A stretch of 64,000 nt of DNA from Candidatus Heimdallarchaeum endolithica. GTDB taxonomy: Archaea; Asgardarchaeota; Heimdallarchaeia; Heimdallarchaeales; Heimdallarchaeaceae. Location: positions 1,440,001 through 1,504,000 of the forward strand of contig CP084167.1 of the NCBI GenBank assembly GCA_021513715.1, in the 5' to 3' direction. The notes beneath the pieces were generated by a model that was not told where the DNA came from, did no database searches, and saw only the letters and a program-made list of their open reading frames with translations. Shown in pieces: positions 17,752-26,934 of the stretch (position 1 is its first letter; every line of letters begins with the position of its first letter). Position numbers and translations under genes: made by a program.

Positions 17752-20726
17752 TTACACACCTTTGTTTCTATCAGAACATTGTGATTAAAATCCTCATTTA
17801 ATTTGACATCTTCAATTCCAGGACTGATTAAAATAAACTGTGGAACAATTGACCTATTTTGTTTAGCTAAAAGATAAACAGAATAAGCAACAGAGAAGGC
17901 ATAAGTTCTGTTCTTTTTATCCAGTTTTTGAGTAAACTCATCGATTACATGTAAAGGAGAATAACTGATAAGATGAAGAGAGAGGATAATAGCTTGTGCA
18001 ATAAGAGTCTTTTCTCCTCCTGATAATTGCCGATAGTTTAAGTTTTTATTCTTTGTTTTTGCAGAAATAATTAGACTAGCTTCTTTCTCGTTTTTATAAT
18101 TACTAATAGATATCGAAATTTCTTCAAATACCTCACTTAATAGATTCTTTAGAGAACCGTTAAGATGATCTACAATCTTTTGTAACGCACTTGTCCATTG
18201 ATTTAATCTTTTTTCTATATCAACTTTCAGATTTTCTAAATGTTTATTACCTTTTTCAATTAACTCTTGTAGTTTTTCGACTCTAATTCGTTGAGCATTA
18301 ATTGCTTCAGCACTAATGTTTCCTTGAACTTGAATATATGATAACTGCCCTTTTATCTCGTGAACCTCTGAAGAGATAGTTTCGCGTTCTTCTCTTATTG
18401 TTTCAGGACGATCACCTATTTCTTCAATTTGTTTTTTTAGTTCATCAATTCTTACTTGAAGGTTTGGAACTTCAGCATTTAATTTGTTAAGTGTTGTAAG
18501 CAAATTTTCTCTAGTCTTTTTATATTGTTCAATTTCTCTTTCTAAATTATCTAACTGTTTACGCGTGAAAAAATAAACTTTTGATAATTTGTCAATTTTT
18601 TCAAGAGCAGAATTAAGCTTATCATCGAATTCGTTTAACTCTTCATGTATTTTTTTAATTAACTCCTCTTCTTGACTAATTTCTTCTTCTAATTTTTCTT
18701 TTTCCATAAACAAGTTTGTTAATTCTGTAGATACATCTGATTTTCTAGCAAATAAAAACAAATCATTATCAATTTCTCTTTTTTTACTTAATAATTCTCC
18801 ACTTTTTGAATTAAGTGTAAATTTTTCTCTAAGTAATTGTTCTTTTTTAACTTCTATCTGTGATATTTTCGCCCTTAAAACTTCAGTAGATTTGTAGGAT
18901 TTTATATCACTACCAAGCTTTACTCCTAAAACAGGAGGAGGATTAGAAAAGGCTTCTCTTGAAAGGTAGTAACTTTTACAATCAGTTGTTAAAATATTCG
19001 ATTTATATTGCTTTGCGTAATCAGTGAGAAGATTCGCACTAACTGTTGAATCAGCTATTATTGTTTTTCTAAATTTTTTAAGATATTCAAGTACTTGATA
19101 GGGAGCATCAATTAGATTTACTGCGTAATCAATTATTCCTGTTCTGTTACTGGTAATTTCTAACTTCTTTTTGTAATAGTCAGGTTTAGGGCCTTCTTGC
19201 TCTAAAACTCTCCCCACAGTTAATTTAACTGATCTATTTTGACTAAACCTAATTTGGTCAAAAATTTTCTTTGCTTCGTCATATGCTTCATAACTTATTG
19301 CTACAAAATCAAATAAAGAATAACTTATTGCTGTTTTTATCGCTTTCTCATATTTTTCAAATCCTTTTTTTATAGAAATAACTTGATAAATAGGACCAAT
19401 AATCTCATTAGCATACTTTGATTGATCAACCTTATCTCTAAATAGTTTACAATCATCTAGTCTTCTTCTTTCTTCTTGCTTTAAGTTTCCTAAAAAAAAT
19501 GAACGCTCATTTATTATATTTTGAGTCTTTTCTTTTTCTTCTTCTAATGACTGAATAGTACTGACTATTTCACTGATTCGTGTATCAATATGATCAAGTT
19601 CAGTTTTTATTTCATTAAGTTGATTCTGGAGTTGTTGTTTAGTTTTAAGTCCTTCTTCACTTGAAAATAATTCTAATTTTTTTTCTCTTTTTTCAATTTC
19701 ATAAATCCTGTTATATTTACTTTGAATTAGTCTCTCTTTTTCCTCTAACATACCTTTCTTGTAAGTTGATGTAGACCTTAAAGAATCGACTAACTTATTT
19801 AACTGCTCTTTTTCTTTCTCTATTTCATTAAATTGAACCAGAATAGATTCTTTCTCTTGGTGTAATTTTATTTCTTCTTTTTGATTTGACTCGATTTTAT
19901 TTTTTACTTTTTCTATTTCTCTTAAATGATTTTGAAAAACTCTATCTGCTTCTTCAAAATCATACCATACTAACTCTCTTGTAACCATTTCAAGCCTTTT
20001 TATCAAATTATTCTTCTTTGCAATTAAATCATAATCTTCTTCCATTTGTTGAAGTTTAGTCTTTTCCTTCTCTAGTTGCATCACCAGAGGAGAATGTTCT
20101 CGTTGCATTTGATTTAGTTTTTTCTTCGAGTCAAAATATGATTGATAAATCTCATTTAGACCTGTAGCAACAAGTAAGGTTTCTAACTTTTTATGTGGAG
20201 AACCTTCAGCAAAAGCGTTCAAATAGCCTTCTTCTGTAAAATTCAACATTGTATCCTCAAATATTCCTATTTGTTTCATGAGGGCTTGTATTTGTCTCTT
20301 TGTTACAATTTTTTCATTTCCATCTAATGATTTGATCTTCCTAATTGATTGATTTTTTCTGATTTCAAGCTCAACAATGAAAGAATCTTTATTATTTACA
20401 AAGGATTCAATATCCAAATCAGATGATTGAAATAATCTCCTTTCACCTAACAAAGGATTTGAAATAAAAAGCTGAATTATGGCAGACTCACCAAAAGAAC
20501 CGATTAGTTCCTCTTTTTTACCCAAAGCAACTCTAGTAGGTGTATGACCAATTACTAAAATTAATGCTTCCAAAATTTGGCTTTTTCCACTCCCATTAGC
20601 TCCAGAAATGACAATTAATGGTTTTTCCATCAGATCTAGTTCAGTACATTTGTGCATCTTAAAATTTCTAATTATTAGTTTATTGAAAACAAATTTACTA
20701 GAACTTTCTGAAACATTAATTGTCAT
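17748..20726 (-). CDS. SMC5/6-type (coalescin-like) SMC ATPase
   Basis: IRNFKMH, Walker A GANGSGKS, two long coiled coils, hinge IIGPIYQVI...YEKAIKTAI, signature LSGGEKT, Walker B/D-loop SPLHVIDEFTQKLD, and QFILISP (His-less switch as in SMC5/6). Confidence 0.88.
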   Translation of the reverse strand: MTINVSESSSKFVFNKLIIRNFKMHKCTELDLMEKPLIVISGANGSGKSQILEALILVIGHTPTRVALGKKEELIGSFGESAIIQLFISNPLLGERRLFQSSDLDIESFVNNKDSFIVELEIRKNQSIRKIKSLDGNEKIVTKRQIQALMKQIGIFEDTMLNFTEEGYLNAFAEGSPHKKLETLLVATGLNEIYQSYFDSKKKLNQMQREHSPLVMQLEKEKTKLQQMEEDYDLIAKKNNLIKRLEMVTRELVWYDFEEADRVFQNHLREIEKVKNKIESNQKEEIKLHQEKESILVQFNEIEKEKEQLNKLVDSLRSTSTYKKGMLEEKERLIQSKYNRIYEIEKREKKLELFSSEEGLKTKQQLQNQLNEIKTELDHIDTRISEIVSTIQSLEEEKEKTQNIINERSFFLGNLKQEERRRLDDCKLFRDKVDQSKYANEIIGPIYQVISIKKGFEKYEKAIKTAISYSLFDFVAISYEAYDEAKKIFDQIRFSQNRSVKLTVGRVLEQEGPKPDYYKKKLEITSNRTGIIDYAVNLIDAPYQVLEYLKKFRKTIIADSTVSANLLTDYAKQYKSNILTTDCKSYYLSREAFSNPPPVLGVKLGSDIKSYKSTEVLRAKISQIEVKKEQLLREKFTLNSKSGELLSKKREIDNDLFLFARKSDVSTELTNLFMEKEKLEEEISQEEELIKKIHEELNEFDDKLNSALEKIDKLSKVYFFTRKQLDNLEREIEQYKKTRENLLTTLNKLNAEVPNLQVRIDELKKQIEEIGDRPETIREERETISSEVHEIKGQLSYIQVQGNISAEAINAQRIRVEKLQELIEKGNKHLENLKVDIEKRLNQWTSALQKIVDHLNGSLKNLLSEVFEEISISISNYKNEKEASLIISAKTKNKNLNYRQLSGGEKTLIAQAIILSLHLISYSPLHVIDEFTQKLDKKNRTYAFSVAYSVYLLAKQNRSIVPQFILISPGIEDVKLNEDFNHNVLIETKVCK

Positions 20727-20753
20727 AGCGTTATAATAGTAGTAAAAGTTAGG

Positions 20754-20761
20754 TATATAAA
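20754..20761 (-). promoter_or_regulatory. TATA box for the SMC operon (probably leaderless mRNA)
   Basis: TTTATATA on the minus strand about 28 nt upstream of the ATG at 20726. Confidence 0.4.
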
Positions 20762-20842
20762 CAATTCAATTTTCTCAAAAAATTATAAAAAATTAAGAAA
20801 TTTTATCAAGAAAAAAAAAGAAAAAAATTAGAATTTTAAAGT

Positions 20843-23800
20843 TTAAACTTTAAATTTCTTTTTAATTGTGAGTATAGTAGCAACAATAAGAATTGAACTT
20901 AGAGATACATATACTAGATCAAACGAACCTATTCTTCGTGTTTTGTTTTGTCCTCCAGTATAAATATCTGCACCAGCACTTGAACCAGTTGAGGTGGATT
21001 CACCATAGTCTTCCCAAGTATCAGCCTCTTGTGTTGTACCATCCATATTCAGTAATACTGCAGAAGTTTCTCCTCCGCCTCCACTTTCACCTAGTTCGTT
21101 TTCAAATCTACTGTCATAAATAACTTGAGCGCCAGGTAAGAAACACCCATTACTGGTAAGGAACATCCAATGCATTGTAACTGTTACAGATTCACCAGGA
21201 GCAAGTGTTATACCTTCAAATGTTATTAATCCCATTCCGAGATAGGTTGTATTTGAAGTACTTCCTTTAGTTGTTACTTGGAACATTAATTCAAGTTCTG
21301 AAACATTGTAATATTGAATAACAGTTACATGTGTTTCCGATTCACCAATGTTTGTAATAACAAGTTCTACTTCAATCTCCCAAGGAGCGTCTTCAGGTAT
21401 AATAATATCAACATTTGTCTCAATATCAAGTATTGGTTGTGGGAAAGCAGGTTCCATTGCAGCTTCTTTAGGCAATAACAAAGCCCAAGCCATATTTGAA
21501 ATAACAATTTCATGAGCTTCAGCTGCTCCTTCGAAGTAACCTACATCATGATTGAAAGGATTAACTACTTCTGCAGGACCTTGTCCTTCATCGCTGATAA
21601 ATTCTACAACAGCATATACTGGATGAATACCCAAGAAAGTATTTGCTTGTACTTCTACTTCGAAGGTTACTTTCTCTCCAGCAACGATAGTACCTATTTC
21701 TTCAGTGTAGAACAAGTCTGGATTAACTATTTGCCATGTTTTATCCATAGAACCATGGAATAGATAGAGTATCACATTTGTAGCATCAATATTTCCTGTG
21801 TTTTCGATATATCCAGTAATTGTAATATTATCTCCTACTTGATAAGCAAGTTGATCTAACTCTACATATGTATTAAGTACAGCTTCATCATCTGCAATCT
21901 GGAAGTTTATTCCGTTGCTGAAACCATAATACTCAAATCCTTCAGGATCGTTGTACTTGAATCTTGCTCCAGCAGAAATCCAGATATCGTCAGCATAATC
22001 ATAGAAACTTATAGGACGGCCGTATGCAATTTGACCAGCCCAATCAGAGAAACCTAGAATAACTCTCATAAGCTCATAGAAATCATGTAATTCTGTTGTT
22101 AATCCTGCTGCTTTAGTACCATCTCCATTATCAATTGCATGAATGTACATTGAACCTAAAACCCAATTTTCATTAGGAATGTTTTCTAAAGCCCAGCTGA
22201 CTTGTGTCCAACTATCAGGATCTAAGTTCTCTATTGTTGTCTCGAGATAATATTGTGTGACAATCTCATCTCCCATTGTAACATTTACAGGAACAATCTC
22301 AAAATCCATTCCATTGAAATCGAAAATAGTTTGATTCTGGTATAGTAAATTGAACAAGTCTTTTGCTGCTTGATCAATTCCATTCTTTAACTCGTCTTTA
22401 TAGTCATCAAATAGTGCGCCCCAATCTCCATTGTAATCTGCAACAGATATGTTTTCTAAGAATTGAGTAGCTCTATTGACTAAGATGTTACTTAATCCTT
22501 TAGAAGAGTTAAGCTTTACTTGAGTACTAACTGAATAACTGTAAGGACCAACAATTATGCTTGCTGTTTCTGTTTTTACTGTCGCTTCAGTTACTGAAGG
22601 ATCAATATCAACTAAAGAACCGTTATCATATACATACCATCCTTCAAGTATCATCATTGTCTGATTGTAGTTCTGGTATTCTTTTCCGTTAACAGTAATT
22701 ATTATACTGATATCTACAGGGATGTATTCACTTTCATTGATAGATACATCGTCTCTCAATCTAAATATCGATGGCAAGTGGCTGTAAAATTTCATGAAAT
22801 CTCGGCCTAATGGGTAGCTTATTGTAATATTCTTTGCTGGTTCAGTTCCTGTGTTTGTCACATTATAATTCATTTGTAAAATTCCTTCTGAATTTAATAA
22901 ATCTTGGTCATAACCCATGTTTACTGCTACTCTAGGAGCAGAACTTAGTTCAGCATAATTAATGTTAAACACTACTTCAAAGTTACTTGATAGTAATCTT
23001 ACTTCCCAAGGATTCTGCATTACCCAATCCATTTTTCCTGTTATTTGTGGTGCAAAGTTATCAGTATCTGGGGAAATTGATTTTGGATTGATTGTATATG
23101 GGAATCTAAATTTAACTACAGAGAAGGTTTCATATGCTGGGTCATCAAATATTGTTACTTCTTCTCCAAATAGATTGTTGGTTGATAAAGTATATTCTTC
23201 ACCAGATGAAACAATAGCATCTGGGTCAACATAAGAAATAGCTCTTATTGCTCCCTGTGTTAAGTATTCACCAACTGCAACAGCCTTTACTGGTGAGGCA
23301 ACAACGTCGGCGGGATCTACAACAGACAAGAAACCAGTTGGAATATCTGTTTGCATTTCTCCAATAAGATCAGTGAAGACTGAATCTGTTATTCCTCCTG
23401 AGAACTTGTAAACATAAGTTCCATATTCAGTTGTGAGTGCTCCGGACCAATAAAGGTCTATTCCATAATAGTCACTGAATGCTGTGGCAATTGTAAGAGC
23501 TTCCTCTAAACTTTGCTCTGCTGTTAGTGTTTTCTTTAGTTCAAGGGCCAATGTAGCATTTTCAGGAGCTCTATATGGTCTCCTTACAAGGTAATCATGG
23601 TAAGCTTCTTGTTCTGTTACCACGAAAATCCAATTTATTACATTATCCATCAAACTTTCTGGAGTTATCTTTAGTACTGAAGGACCTCCAACAGTAGTAA
23701 TTTTAACCAAAGCAGCGGTATCAATACCAGCAACTATTTTCATCTCTTCAAGAAAAACTGAAGGTAAAGTTCTGGTACTTGCAGAATCAAATTGGTCTGC

Positions 23801-23890
23801 TGCACCTAATGCTTGGGTATAAGAACCGCTGAAAGTTAACAATATTAAAGCTAACCCCATTGTCATAATAATAGACATCTTATTTTTCAT
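20843..23890 (-). CDS. Large acidic cell-surface/S-layer-like protein with CARDB/Ig-like domains
   Basis: GGAGG SD; signal peptide; repeated VTNTGTEPA / IENTGNIDA / ITNIGESE CARDB-type motifs; many NxS/T sequons; C-terminal TM plus basic tail. Confidence 0.7.
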   Translation of the reverse strand: MKNKMSIIMTMGLALILLTFSGSYTQALGAADQFDSASTRTLPSVFLEEMKIVAGIDTAALVKITTVGGPSVLKITPESLMDNVINWIFVVTEQEAYHDYLVRRPYRAPENATLALELKKTLTAEQSLEEALTIATAFSDYYGIDLYWSGALTTEYGTYVYKFSGGITDSVFTDLIGEMQTDIPTGFLSVVDPADVVASPVKAVAVGEYLTQGAIRAISYVDPDAIVSSGEEYTLSTNNLFGEEVTIFDDPAYETFSVVKFRFPYTINPKSISPDTDNFAPQITGKMDWVMQNPWEVRLLSSNFEVVFNINYAELSSAPRVAVNMGYDQDLLNSEGILQMNYNVTNTGTEPAKNITISYPLGRDFMKFYSHLPSIFRLRDDVSINESEYIPVDISIIITVNGKEYQNYNQTMMILEGWYVYDNGSLVDIDPSVTEATVKTETASIIVGPYSYSVSTQVKLNSSKGLSNILVNRATQFLENISVADYNGDWGALFDDYKDELKNGIDQAAKDLFNLLYQNQTIFDFNGMDFEIVPVNVTMGDEIVTQYYLETTIENLDPDSWTQVSWALENIPNENWVLGSMYIHAIDNGDGTKAAGLTTELHDFYELMRVILGFSDWAGQIAYGRPISFYDYADDIWISAGARFKYNDPEGFEYYGFSNGINFQIADDEAVLNTYVELDQLAYQVGDNITITGYIENTGNIDATNVILYLFHGSMDKTWQIVNPDLFYTEEIGTIVAGEKVTFEVEVQANTFLGIHPVYAVVEFISDEGQGPAEVVNPFNHDVGYFEGAAEAHEIVISNMAWALLLPKEAAMEPAFPQPILDIETNVDIIIPEDAPWEIEVELVITNIGESETHVTVIQYYNVSELELMFQVTTKGSTSNTTYLGMGLITFEGITLAPGESVTVTMHWMFLTSNGCFLPGAQVIYDSRFENELGESGGGGETSAVLLNMDGTTQEADTWEDYGESTSTGSSAGADIYTGGQNKTRRIGSFDLVYVSLSSILIVATILTIKKKFKV

Positions 23891-24081
23891 TTTTGACCTC
23901 CAAAAATTTGTCTAATACTAAGTATTGAACATCTATATTATAAAGATTATTTTTGTGAGTTATAAAAAAACAGAATTCGAAAAAAATCGAACATTAAGAA
24001 ACTACCATTAAAGGAGCCTATTGAATAATAATTTGTAAACTTTCAGTTTAAGATGCAGAATATATAAAAAAAGAAGAAGTT

Positions 24082-24620
24082 TTACAATAAAGATTTTAGA
24101 GCTTTTCTATAATCATTAGTAGCTTCTTCAGGCATTGTTCCATTGATGAATATTCCTAGACTAGACTCTACAGCACCAAGAATTTTTAGTGACTGCTTAT
24201 TTCTCTGTGGACTGTGGAGTTTAAAATACATATGATAAATATTAGGACTTTCAGGAAAATTGAAAACTTTTTGATGAAGAGAAAGAGAATAACTTATTTC
24301 TTTACCAAATATTACAAATAAACTTTTAACTAGCTTTGGCAATAAGTTTGCAAAAGATACTAGCTCTTCTTGTCTACTCTCTTCCAATTTACTATAGCAC
24401 CTTTTTGGATAAATATATAGATCATAAGCATATTGAGCTGAAAAAGGAACAACTGCCATCACAAACTCATTTTCAAAAACAACCCTTAAATCAGTTTTTT
24501 TCTCAATTTCTAAATATTTACATATCATGCAAGCATTTTTTTATTTAAAAAATTTCCAATCTTTCTTAGTTCATTTTGAACAGTATGAGGAACAAATGAG
24601 AAAGCATAAATTTGCCCATG
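24082..24620 (-). pseudogene. galT: galT 3' fragment (galactose-1-phosphate uridylyltransferase) downstream of the insertion, with an additional 1-nt frameshift
   Basis: Resumes at 24620 as HGQIYAFSFVP...; the 7-T run at 24536-24542 is one base short of joining ...CMICKYL...VPFSAQYAYD...YSLSLHQ...GAVESSLGIFINGTMPEEA. Confidence 0.88.
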
Positions 24621-24820
24621 AGTTAATTTTTTGTACAATTTTCTCCTACTACGTCAGTGGAAGAATACAAACGCTAAAACAGATGTTTGAGCATACTGAC
24701 ATCATCTAGGAATCGTGGGACGCATAAAGAAGAGTAGAACTCTTCACTCCACGAGTACTAAGTATTCTACCATTATGGTATAATAGTACATAGGTCTATT
24801 TCAACCACTGGTTGAGACCC
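24621..24820 (-). ncRNA. Putative omegaRNA (reRNA) scaffold of the TnpB element
   Basis: About 175 nt between the tnpB stop and the element end, packed with nested stems: GTCAGT/ACTGAC, CAAAC/GTTTG, TCGTGG/CCACGA, GAAGAGT/ACTCTTC, GTACTA/TAGTAC, TACCA/TGGTA, TCAACCA/TGGTTGA. Confidence 0.65.
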
Positions 24821-26310
24821 CGGAAGGAAGTATAAAAGGTGAGACTAAAGTGTTGTCCAGTAAGATAATCAACTAGTGTAGATGCTCGGGGACGAAAAAG
24901 AAAACGAAGAAACAATTTCCCGATGTTGATTGCACAGGTAAGGTCAGAGTGAAGAGTATAATGGCAATGAGAACAATAAACAAGACCTCTAACAGGTCGA
25001 ATAGTCTTTCGTCCACATTTTGAGCAAAGAGAAGAGGTAAGATATTCCTGTAAGGTGAGGATACGTTCGGGTTCTAACCCATTTAGAAGACACATTCGTC
25101 GAAGAAGAGTAACTATTTGGTAGTAATTCCACGGGTGAACCTTTTTACGAGTAAAACGGGTAGAGGAGTTCTGTGGTCTGTAGTCTTGATTCATTACTTT
25201 TTTTCTTAATTTCGAGTGTACTCCCTTGGGGTAACCAACAACAACGACTAAATTATAATCCTGTGTAAGTTCAACAATATCTTTCCACAACTCATTAATA
25301 AAAGCATATAAATAAGCATGAGAGAGCGTCTGATATCTTTTTCTTAATTTTTTTAATGTTTGATATCCTTTATTGCTTCTTTTGTCTTTACATGTATTCT
25401 TCTTTTTTGCAAGTTTTCGTTGCAATCTTCTTATTTTCTGTTGATAGATATACTTCCTTTTTTTCCATTCTTTCATTTTCCAGAAGAAAATATGATTGGG
25501 AGATATTTTACCTGTTGATGTTAATAACACTCCTGCTCCAGGTATTTTTTCTCCCAGATCTATTCCCAGCACAGCTGGAGGAAGAAGAGAAGGGTCAACT
25601 TTTTTTTTCTTGTAGAGATCTGCTTGAGGAATAATTGTTATCTGAAAATTTACCCACCAACTGTTTTTTTGTGAGTTATATTTTAATTCTAGACTTTTTA
25701 CTTGTCCTTTTCTTATTTCTTTTTGGTGATATTCACTCATTTCTAGTGGTATCCATAGTCTTCGATGTGTTCGTTTTTTTCTTTTTTGTGTGTCTAATGA
25801 GTCTCTTATCCCTACCCAGCAACGAGAAAGAGTGTTTTTCCCTTTAGGCAAATGTTCTATGATAAATCTATTTTTATTGATTAGTTGTTTTCTTGTTCGT
25901 TTTACTGGTGGTAAAATATATCCTTTTTTTCTTTTTCTATTCTTTTTTTTGTTATATCCTTGTTCATAAAGTTGTACTGCTACATCTCTACACTCTTGAA
26001 ATTCATCGTGAGAACAATTAGGAAACTTTTTTTTGAGATCATAGGGTACAACTGTCCTTTTTTTCTTATTTGTTTTCTTTGTTGTTGTTAGTGTTAGTTC
26101 ATCTAACTTGCCTTTATGCACTTTTAGTCTTATCTCTCCTTGTTTGCTTATTTTTCTTATTACTTTTTCTTCTTCTTTTCTTATTATTTTTACATATTCT
26201 TCTATTATTCTAGTATCTCTTCCTGTTATCTTTCTCATTCTATCTTTTTTGAACTTCGTTAATTTTTCTGTTTTTACTCTTACTCTTAATGTTCTCACTA
26301 TTTTCTCCAT
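24796..26310 (-). CDS. tnpB: TnpB-family RNA-guided endonuclease with rearranged (Fanzor-like) RuvC-II
   Basis: RuvC-I VLGIDLG; canonical RuvC-II position reads VVVGYP (G instead of E); alternative Glu in LQEYLTSSLC; zinc finger CSKC...CSHC; RuvC-III HSDLTCAINI; highly basic, 504 aa. Confidence 0.9.
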   Translation of the reverse strand: MEKIVRTLRVRVKTEKLTKFKKDRMRKITGRDTRIIEEYVKIIRKEEEKVIRKISKQGEIRLKVHKGKLDELTLTTTKKTNKKKRTVVPYDLKKKFPNCSHDEFQECRDVAVQLYEQGYNKKKNRKRKKGYILPPVKRTRKQLINKNRFIIEHLPKGKNTLSRCWVGIRDSLDTQKRKKRTHRRLWIPLEMSEYHQKEIRKGQVKSLELKYNSQKNSWWVNFQITIIPQADLYKKKKVDPSLLPPAVLGIDLGEKIPGAGVLLTSTGKISPNHIFFWKMKEWKKRKYIYQQKIRRLQRKLAKKKNTCKDKRSNKGYQTLKKLRKRYQTLSHAYLYAFINELWKDIVELTQDYNLVVVVGYPKGVHSKLRKKVMNQDYRPQNSSTRFTRKKVHPWNYYQIVTLLRRMCLLNGLEPERILTLQEYLTSSLCSKCGRKTIRPVRGLVYCSHCHYTLHSDLTCAINIGKLFLRFLFRPRASTLVDYLTGQHFSLTFYTSFRGLNQWLK

Positions 26311-26403
26311 TTTCTAATCCTTTTTCTTCTTCACTTTCTTTTCTCTATTTATTAATTAAGCAATTTATTTAAAAACCTAAAGAATTTATACAAAAAATTT
26401 TTT

Positions 26404-26839
26404 CATGGGGGTGAAGAATTGAAGCACCTACATCTTTTCCAAAATTTTCGAACGGAAGAATATATTTTATTTTTTTATCTTCTTTTAGCTGTTTTGTTGC
26501 TTCTATCCATTTTTCAAAAATTGAGAGGATTTCATCTACCTTTAACTCATGAAATTTCTTACCATGGTCAGCACTATAAACTAGAACTTCACATTTACCA
26601 TAAGCACTTTTAGACTTATACAACTGATCCTCTTCTTTGCTCCAATAATCTACCTCTAAAGATAAGCTCGGGAATTTATTATCCAATCGAATAGGTTTAT
26701 TGATAAGGTCTTTGACTTCCTCAGAACCTTTACAAAAAGGGCAGAAATCCTTTTTCCTATCAGGTCTTCTTTGTCTTTTGGGTGCATAAATGATCCATTC
26801 ATCAAAAAAATAATTGTACCTAAGTTCACCCTCTGTCAT
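26404..26839 (-). pseudogene. galT: galT 5' fragment, ending at the HPH active-site motif
   Basis: ELRYN, APKRQRRP, CPFC, NKFPSL, GKCEV and FENFGKDVGASILHPH motifs, then reads into the element. Confidence 0.9.
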
Positions 26840-26934
26840 TATTCTAAAAACGTGAAATTGATTTTTAACTATTTACTTAATCACAGATAAATTCATTCAT
26901 TTTTATCCCAAAAACTTTTATTTAGAGCAAAAAG

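Larger units (their letters stand above)
24621..26403 (-). mobile_element. Non-autonomous TnpB-only insertion element (1783 bp) interrupting galT
   Basis: Removing it with one CATG copy (24617-24620 / 26404-26407) restores CAC CCC CAT GGG CAA (HPHGQ); ends are imperfect inverted repeats AGTTAATTTTTTGTACAATT / AAAAAATTTTTTGTATAAATT; no transposase inside. Confidence 0.92.

Noticed and set aside
16042-20726. Wadjet (JetABCD/MksBEFG) or Rad50-Mre11 locus
   Set aside because: No Toprim JetD/MksG or Mre11 nuclease, no CxxC zinc hook in the coiled coil, and the head motifs fit SMC5/6 better.
24796-26310. Cas12f/Cas14 CRISPR effector
   Set aside because: No CRISPR array or cas1/2/4 nearby, and the gene sits inside a discrete insertion with defined junctions.
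26369-26403. C-terminal EKIFCINSLGF of the 156-aa ORF as genuine protein
   Set aside because: It is read-through from the galT 5' fragment into the element end.
24617-26407. The TnpB insertion as a self-removing intron (IStron or archaeal bulge-helix-bulge intron), since its ends can pair in the galT transcript
   Set aside because: Only about 90 bp precede tnpB, too little for a group I intron. The end pairing gives a symmetric 3x3 internal loop rather than a BHB, and cutting there would not restore HPHGQ. The extra galT frameshift also suggests the gene is dead.
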